64,000 nt of DNA, from the NCBI GenBank assembly GCA_029862165.1, contig JAOTXU010000017.1, positions 2,914 through 66,913 on the forward strand, given 5' to 3'. Under the pieces are notes generated by a model. That model was not told the DNA's origin, ran no database searches, and saw only the letters and a program-made list of their open reading frames with translations. The stretch comes from Gammaproteobacteria bacterium. Its GTDB lineage: Bacteria; Pseudomonadota; Gammaproteobacteria; Steroidobacterales; JABDKV01. A program made the translations under genes and the position numbers. Shown here piece by piece: positions 59,287-64,000 of this stretch; position 1 is the stretch's first letter, and every line of letters starts with the position of its first letter.

Positions 59287-59940
59287 TTATTGGGCCTCGG
59301 ACTCGAGTTCCACCAGGCCGGCCCAGCTGGCCAGCCGTGCCAGCTCGGTCACTGAACGGGCCCGGGTTTTTTCCATGATGTGTGTGCGGTGATGATCGAT
59401 CGTGCGATGACTGATGCCCAACTCGGCAGCAATCTGTTTGCTGGATGCGGTGGCTGCACCGGCAATCATCAAGCGCATCACCTCTTGCTCGCGCTCGGTC
59501 AGGGAGTCGAAGCGTGCCAGCAGCGCTTGCCGGTATTTCTGTTGGGCGCGTAGCGCGGAGTCTGCGGCCAAAGCTCGATTAATGCGTTCGAGCAACGCGT
59601 CTATGCCAAAGGGCTTTTCGAGAAAGTCGATCGCCCCGGCTTTGATTGCCCGCACCGATTGCGGGATGTCGCCCTGACCTGTGATAAATATGATTGGAAT
59701 ACTGACCGCTGATTTCACCAGCTCCTGCTGCAGTTCCAGGCCAGTCATGCCGGGCAAGCTCACATCCAGCAACAGACAACCGGGTTCTTCGGCATTGTAA
59801 TAGTCCAGGAAGGCTTGCGCCGATTCGAAGGCTTGCATTCCAAACCCGCGCTCTGACAGCGCGCTGGCTAACCAGCGTCTGATTCCGACGTCATCGTCGA
59901 CCAGAAATATTGTTGGTTGTTGCGTCTCGATGTTGTCCAT
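59287..59940 (-). CDS. Two-component response regulator, FixJ/NarL type (REC plus LuxR-family HTH)
   Basis: The REC domain reads TIFLVDDD..LLLDVSLPGMTGLELQ..IIFITGQGD...V.A.KAGA.DFLEKPF. The HTH reads LTEREQEVM.L...G...SKQIA.ELGIS.RTI..HR..IM.K. The start is ATG 59940. Confidence 0.9.
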   Translation of the reverse strand: MDNIETQQPTIFLVDDDVGIRRWLASALSERGFGMQAFESAQAFLDYYNAEEPGCLLLDVSLPGMTGLELQQELVKSAVSIPIIFITGQGDIPQSVRAIKAGAIDFLEKPFGIDALLERINRALAADSALRAQQKYRQALLARFDSLTEREQEVMRLMIAGAATASSKQIAAELGISHRTIDHHRTHIMEKTRARSVTELARLASWAGLVELESEAQ

Positions 59941-59978
59941 TTTCACCGGCAGCAATCTTATGGTCCATCAGTGGGCCT

Positions 59979-60000
59979 GGTTAATACTCCTATATTAATC
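59979..60000. promoter_or_regulatory. Inverted repeat in the divergent regulator / binding-protein promoter region
   Basis: GGTTAATA-ctccta-TATTAATC pairs at 7 of 8 positions. It lies 39 bp upstream of the response-regulator start and is a candidate LuxR-type box. Sequence symmetry is the only support. Confidence 0.25.
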
Positions 60001-60142
60001 ACGTACGATCAATCGGCAAATCCCTACATCCACCGCTTGTATTTGAAATATTCGCGGCATCCGCGCTTACGAGCACATAGATGCGCTTCATCAACCGTTC
60101 GTCAGGATGTAGAATCACAAACTAGGTCGCGGTTTGGCTTAG

Positions 60143-61015
60143 ATGAAAATCCTGACACTAATTCTTGCGATGACTGTTTGCGCGTGCGCGAACGACGACG
60201 ATCGTAAGTCGTCAGCGCCCGACGTAATCACGATTGGCGTTCTTCCAGACCAAAACAAATCCGACTTGACAAGGCGTTACGCCCCGCTAATGGATTATCT
60301 GGAAACAGAGACCGGCCTTGATATAGTGCTCTCGATACCATCGGACTACGAAGAATTTCTCGACGAGTTCAATGCCGGTCACTTGCAGCTTGCCAATTTC
60401 GGCGGAATGACGTTTATCCAGGCCGAGCAAAAAAGTCAGGCCGTACCACTCGTCATGCGTGATATAGATTTGCAGTTTACGAGCTGCTATATCATTAATG
60501 CGTCCGATGGTCGACGCTCAGTCGCGGAATTCGAAGGTGAAGTGTTTTCATTTGGACCGAATCTGTCAACATCCGGGCACATCATGCCGCGATATTTTCT
60601 CATCACGGGTGGAATCGTGCCCGAACGCTTCTTTTCATCGGTACAGTATTCCTCAGGTCACGACCAGACAGCTAAATGGGTAAGCGACGAAATAGTGGCC
60701 ATAGGCGTCGCAAACTGCGACATCGTTCAATCCATGTTTGATGATGGTCGCTTGAGTACGGCCAAGCTTCGTATCCTGGAAACAACGCCTCCCTACCCAA
60801 ACTACGTGTGGGCAACACAAGCATCGCTCGATCTTTCCTTGAAGCATCTGCTCAGAGATGCTTTTCTCGGGCTTGACTTGACGAATCCAATGCATCTCCC
60901 GTTACTGAAAGCGCAAGGAGCCGGCGGCTACCTGCCGGCGGGCAGGGACGATTTTGAGGACATACGCGCCGCAGTACGCGAGCTTGCTTCGCTCGTTCAG
61001 AGTGATCCCAATTGA
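60143..61015 (+). CDS. PhnD-like (phosphonate ABC-type) periplasmic substrate-binding lipoprotein
   Basis: A signal with Cys (LAMTVCAC) is followed by ITIGVLPDQN...L.RRYAPL.DYLE..TGL.I.L....DY.EF...F..G.L.LANFGG..F, then FG.NLSTSGH.MPR.F and YSSGHDQTA..V....VAIG.AN. There is no adjacent ABC permease or ATPase. Its stop overlaps the kinase start. Confidence 0.75.
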   Translation: MKILTLILAMTVCACANDDDRKSSAPDVITIGVLPDQNKSDLTRRYAPLMDYLETETGLDIVLSIPSDYEEFLDEFNAGHLQLANFGGMTFIQAEQKSQAVPLVMRDIDLQFTSCYIINASDGRRSVAEFEGEVFSFGPNLSTSGHIMPRYFLITGGIVPERFFSSVQYSSGHDQTAKWVSDEIVAIGVANCDIVQSMFDDGRLSTAKLRILETTPPYPNYVWATQASLDLSLKHLLRDAFLGLDLTNPMHLPLLKAQGAGGYLPAGRDDFEDIRAAVRELASLVQSDPN

Positions 61016-62811
61016 ATAAGACGTCGGACAAATACAAAAGTGTACTGCGATATGTCTATGCGCTGACGGCCATCATGGTTATTGCTGCCACCGCGCTCTT
61101 AACCACGCTTTATACCGGCCAGCACGCTGAACTGGCGGCACAAGATCGCATCGCGTTCTATCATTTGGCGTCCTCGGCGGCGTCACAACAGTTGCGTAGA
61201 GACACCCGATCCATCAACCTTGTGCTTCAAGCCGCCGCAAACACGACTGAGACAGCCGCAGGCGGTTTTTCACTTACGGCTCGTGTCAGTGCCGCGCTGC
61301 ACTCGATGCAGGCTGACCTTATTAAGTTGCGCGAGCTGCAGGAACAATACGCCGATTACCAATTTTCCTCGACACTCGGACGGCTGACAGAGCGCTTCGG
61401 CGCTATCATGCACTTACACACTGAGGCCTCAATGGATCCATTGTTAGAGTCCGTCGAGGCCTTCGAGTTGAATATTGAGCAGCTGCGCCGACTCCACATG
61501 ATCGCTGCCGCAAATGAGTTGGCCAGCATCGAAGCCCAGGCACGTCGCGTCCTGCCAAACATGGCGATCCTCATGGCAATATTGATTGTTACATGCGTTG
61601 TTGGGTGGTACGTGACTCGATTGTTGCGAGAATCACTCGTTAATCAGAAGCGGGCTGAAGAAGCGCTGGCTGCAAGCGTGGAGCGCATGCATCATATGCA
61701 AAAACTCGAAGCGCTCGGACAGCTCGTCGGTGGCGTTGCTCACGACTTCAATAATCTGCTAACCGCGATTCTGGGCCAGGCTAGCCTCCTTGAAGACAAA
61801 TCGTCCAGGGACGAGCCCATGCGACAGGGTCTGAGCGAGATCAGCCGGGCTGCGGAGCAGGCGGCATTACTGACAAAACAACTTCTGACGTTCAGCCGAC
61901 GCCAGCCTATCGAACCAAAGATCGTCGACCTGAACAATTTGATCCGCGATATGGAACCAATATTGCGTCGACTGATCGGCGAAGATATTAAACTAACGGT
62001 TCGCTGCGACGATACTCAAAATACGATCGAACTGGATCCGGGGCAGTTTCATCAGGTCATCCTTAATCTGGCTGTCAACTCTCGTGATGCGTTGCCGGAT
62101 GGCGGCGAGATCTTGCTTACAGCGGAGCACGTGCAAATTGACTCGGATGACCACAGACGTGGCGACATGGTTAATGGCCGGTATGCCAAACTCGCCGTTA
62201 TCGACAATGGCGTCGGCATGGATAAAAAGACGCTTGACCGGGCATTCGAGCCGTTCTTCACGACCAAGCAGAAGGGGCGCGGCACGGGTCTCGGACTGGC
62301 AACAGTACACGGAATCATCACCGCGGCGAATGGTCACATTTTCGTCGACAGCAATCCCGAGAAAGGCACTTGCTTTGAGATCTATTTGCCGAGCTCTACG
62401 CGCTACGCCGAAAAGGTCGCCGCCGATTCGGTGTCAGAGCTAGCTGGGTCTGAAACTGTCCTGGTCGTAGAGGACGAGGAACAGATCCGGACATTGTTGC
62501 AGGGCGGATTAGGTTCTCTGGGCTACAGGGTACTGACGGCCTCGGGTGGAACCGAAGGGCTCGAGATCTGCGGAAGCCGGGCTGAGTCTATTGATGCGAT
62601 CGTCTCGGACGTTGTCATGCCGGACATGAACGGGGCAGCCTTCATGAAAGACGCCCTGGATATGCGGCCTGATGCCGTTGGGATCTATATGTCCGGCTAT
62701 ACCGACGACATCGTGCTGCAAACGGGGGTCGGCGGATCGGCGATTCCACTGATCAATAAGCCTTTTGAGCTTGATGAACTTGCGAGACTCATACGAGACC
62801 GACTGAACTAG
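61012..62811 (+). CDS. Hybrid sensor histidine kinase (2 TM, ~140-aa periplasmic domain, HisKA, HATPase_c, C-terminal REC)
   Basis: The H-box reads GGVAHDFNNLLTAILG. The N/G boxes read NLAVNSRDA and DNGVGMD..FEPFFTTK..G.GTGLGL. The receiver reads VLVVEDEE......L...GY.VL.A....E......IDAIVSDVVMP.MNG. The TTG start overlaps the PhnD-like stop. Confidence 0.88.
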   Translation: MNKTSDKYKSVLRYVYALTAIMVIAATALLTTLYTGQHAELAAQDRIAFYHLASSAASQQLRRDTRSINLVLQAAANTTETAAGGFSLTARVSAALHSMQADLIKLRELQEQYADYQFSSTLGRLTERFGAIMHLHTEASMDPLLESVEAFELNIEQLRRLHMIAAANELASIEAQARRVLPNMAILMAILIVTCVVGWYVTRLLRESLVNQKRAEEALAASVERMHHMQKLEALGQLVGGVAHDFNNLLTAILGQASLLEDKSSRDEPMRQGLSEISRAAEQAALLTKQLLTFSRRQPIEPKIVDLNNLIRDMEPILRRLIGEDIKLTVRCDDTQNTIELDPGQFHQVILNLAVNSRDALPDGGEILLTAEHVQIDSDDHRRGDMVNGRYAKLAVIDNGVGMDKKTLDRAFEPFFTTKQKGRGTGLGLATVHGIITAANGHIFVDSNPEKGTCFEIYLPSSTRYAEKVAADSVSELAGSETVLVVEDEEQIRTLLQGGLGSLGYRVLTASGGTEGLEICGSRAESIDAIVSDVVMPDMNGAAFMKDALDMRPDAVGIYMSGYTDDIVLQTGVGGSAIPLINKPFELDELARLIRDRLN

Positions 62812-62836
62812 TTTTCTTTTGAATGGAGATCCAGAC

Positions 62837-62884
62837 TTATTGCCCTTCGGTAATTTCTTCCAGCCAGGCAGCGAAGGCGACGTC
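62837..62884 (-). pseudogene. Orphan 3' fragment (15 codons plus stop) of a cysteine-synthase-like gene
   Basis: 62828-62884 aligns to 63672-63728, the true 3' end of the gene at the right edge, with 5 mismatches in 57 nt. It encodes ..DVAFAAWLEEITEGQ* against ..DVAVPAWLEETTEGQ*. It has no 5' part and abuts the OMT fragment at 62884/62885. Confidence 0.9.
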
Positions 62885-62987
62885 CATTTAACTTAAAGCT
62901 CCATGGTGACGAGCGCGTGGACATCAGCTTACTGCCGGTAGCGGATGGCTTGTTTCTCGCGCGCAAACGCTGATTTTTTAACGTCAG
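62885..62987 (+). pseudogene. Orphan 3' fragment of the O-methyltransferase gene (direct repeat, copy 2)
   Basis: It is identical to 58496-58575 across the last ~27 codons and the stop, and it carries the TTAACGTCAG motif. It has no 5' part and starts exactly where the cysteine-synthase fragment ends. Confidence 0.9.
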
Positions 62988-63197
62988 CTTTCCAGGGATG
63001 ACTGGCAGGAGTTGGTCGATTGCGCAATCCGGCAATCGTGGCTGTGAGCCGCTCCCAGGGGAGATTACAACCGTCCGATTGTGGCCGGTCGGCGCCTTCC
63101 GAAAAGACGGTCGAAATTTGAATAAACCCGAGGTCTCGTCTACTCTTTGGCAGAGTGCCGCATGGTCGGCATTGGCAAGAACGAGGAAGCTTCAGTG

Positions 63198-63593
63198 ATG
63201 AACTCAAAGATAATAGCCTTCGCATTTGTTGCATGCATGCTATCCAGCTGCGCCACTACTGCGGAACAAGACGGACATGAGGCCGCTAAACGTGTCAACG
63301 CAGCCCAAAGCGAGAAGATGGTTAGCATGGAAAATGACGCTTCCGACGCCGACGCAAACGGCGATGAGGCCGCTCAACAAGATGTCAACGCAGCACAAAG
63401 CGAGAAGACGGTTAGCACGGAAAATGAGGCTTACGAAGACAAAGTCAGGTGTCGGAGGATCGCAAAAACCGGCACACGGCTTGGAACCAAAGTATGTGCC
63501 ACGAATCGTCAATGGAAGGAGTCCGCGGAGAGCGCGGAGCGAACTACGGAGGAGTTGAAACGGCGGCCACAACATGGACGTGACGCAGGCTGA
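63198..63593 (+). CDS. Small lipoprotein with an internal tandem repeat and a conserved-looking Cys-pair C-terminus
   Basis: The ATG at 63198 follows GAGGAA. A lipobox is present (MLSSC). Two ~29-aa repeats read EAA...VNAAQSEK.VS.EN. The C-terminus reads KVRCRRIAKTGTRLGTKVCATNRQW. Confidence 0.65.
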   Translation: MNSKIIAFAFVACMLSSCATTAEQDGHEAAKRVNAAQSEKMVSMENDASDADANGDEAAQQDVNAAQSEKTVSTENEAYEDKVRCRRIAKTGTRLGTKVCATNRQWKESAESAERTTEELKRRPQHGRDAG

Positions 63594-63628
63594 CGTACAT
63601 CCACGCCCACCTCGCTGGTGCCTACGAC

Positions 63629-63650
63629 AAACGGCAGGTTGTTGCCGTTT
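63629..63650. terminator. Hairpin between the convergent lipoprotein and cysteine-synthase-like genes
   Basis: AAACGGCA-ggttgt-TGCCGTTT forms an 8-bp stem. The U-tracts are weak on both strands. Confidence 0.4.
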
Positions 63651-63680
63651 ACAGGCGTTCGTGCGCAAACGGATCTAGAC

Positions 63681-64000
63681 TTATTGTCCTTCGGTAGTTT
63701 CTTCCAGCCAGGCAGGGACGGCGACGTCTTTTTCTTTTAGGAATTCCGGATTGTAGAGACGTTGCAGGTAACGCAGACCGGTGTCGCAGAGAACTGTGAC
63801 GATTGTATGTCCCGGCCCCAGTTCGCGTGCCAGGCGAATCGCGCCGGCGACATTAACGCCACTGGAGCCGCCCAGACAAAACCCCTCGTCGCGTAAAAGA
63901 GAAAAAACGATAGGAATGGATTCACTATCGGGAATCTGATACGGAAAATCGACGTTGACACCCTCAAGATTTCCCGTTACACGGCTGTTGCCGATGCCTT
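63681..64000 (-). CDS. PLP-dependent cysteine synthase / CBS-family enzyme. Only the 3' part is present; the gene continues past the right edge.
   Basis: It is missing from the ORF track because the edge truncates it. My minus-strand translation ends ..GIGNSRVTGNLEGVNVDFPYQIPDSESIPIVFSLLRDEGFCLGGSSGVNVAGAIRLARELGPGHTIVTVLCDTGLRYLQRLYNPEFLKEKDVAVPAWLEETTEGQ*, with the stop at 63681-63683. The GGSSG and LCD.G.RY motifs are typical of the CysK/CysM fold. Confidence 0.8.
   Translation of the reverse strand, partial: GIGNSRVTGNLEGVNVDFPYQIPDSESIPIVFSLLRDEGFCLGGSSGVNVAGAIRLARELGPGHTIVTVLCDTGLRYLQRLYNPEFLKEKDVAVPAWLEETTEGQ

Overview
The window looks like a chromosomal segment of a moderate-GC gammaproteobacterium. 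That assignment is inferred from synteny such as lptD-surA-pdxA-rsmA-apaG-apaH and mreBCD-mrdA-rodA-mltB-rlpA-dacA-ybeD-lipB-lipA. It is densely coding, with about 60 protein genes, and I found no rRNA, tRNA, CRISPR array, transposase or integrase. Most genes are core housekeeping: rlmI, lgt, thyA, folA, LPS and cell-wall morphogenesis, gatCAB, sahR-metF-metH and lipoate synthesis.

Five parts are not ordinary:
1. A 495-bp intergenic region (7539-8033) holds a perfect CRP-type site. It is followed on the plus strand by what reads as a GEMM-I (c-di-GMP-I) riboswitch aptamer and an SD-sequestering hairpin. Together they sit in front of an orphan 147-aa secreted protein. A 750-aa secreted repeat protein is transcribed divergently.
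2. A tightly coupled 7-gene kynurenine / 3-hydroxyanthranilate catabolic operon (8661-16308) sits directly behind apaH. It includes an in-frame RidA-HAAO fusion.
3. A lipoprotein carries ten 23-residue repeats.
4. A translationally coupled CBS - cystathionine gamma-lyase - DUF898 - M48 peptidase chain.
5. At 58.5-63.7 kb, two unrelated gene cassettes are stacked between an O-methyltransferase gene and a cysteine-synthase-like gene. They are separated by a head-to-tail junction of truncated copies of both flanking gene ends. One cassette is a PhnD-like binding protein, hybrid histidine kinase, FixJ-type regulator and a small protein. The other is a small lipoprotein.

All calls come from reading the sequence and the supplied ORF translations. 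No database or covariance-model search was run, and many start codons are my best guess.
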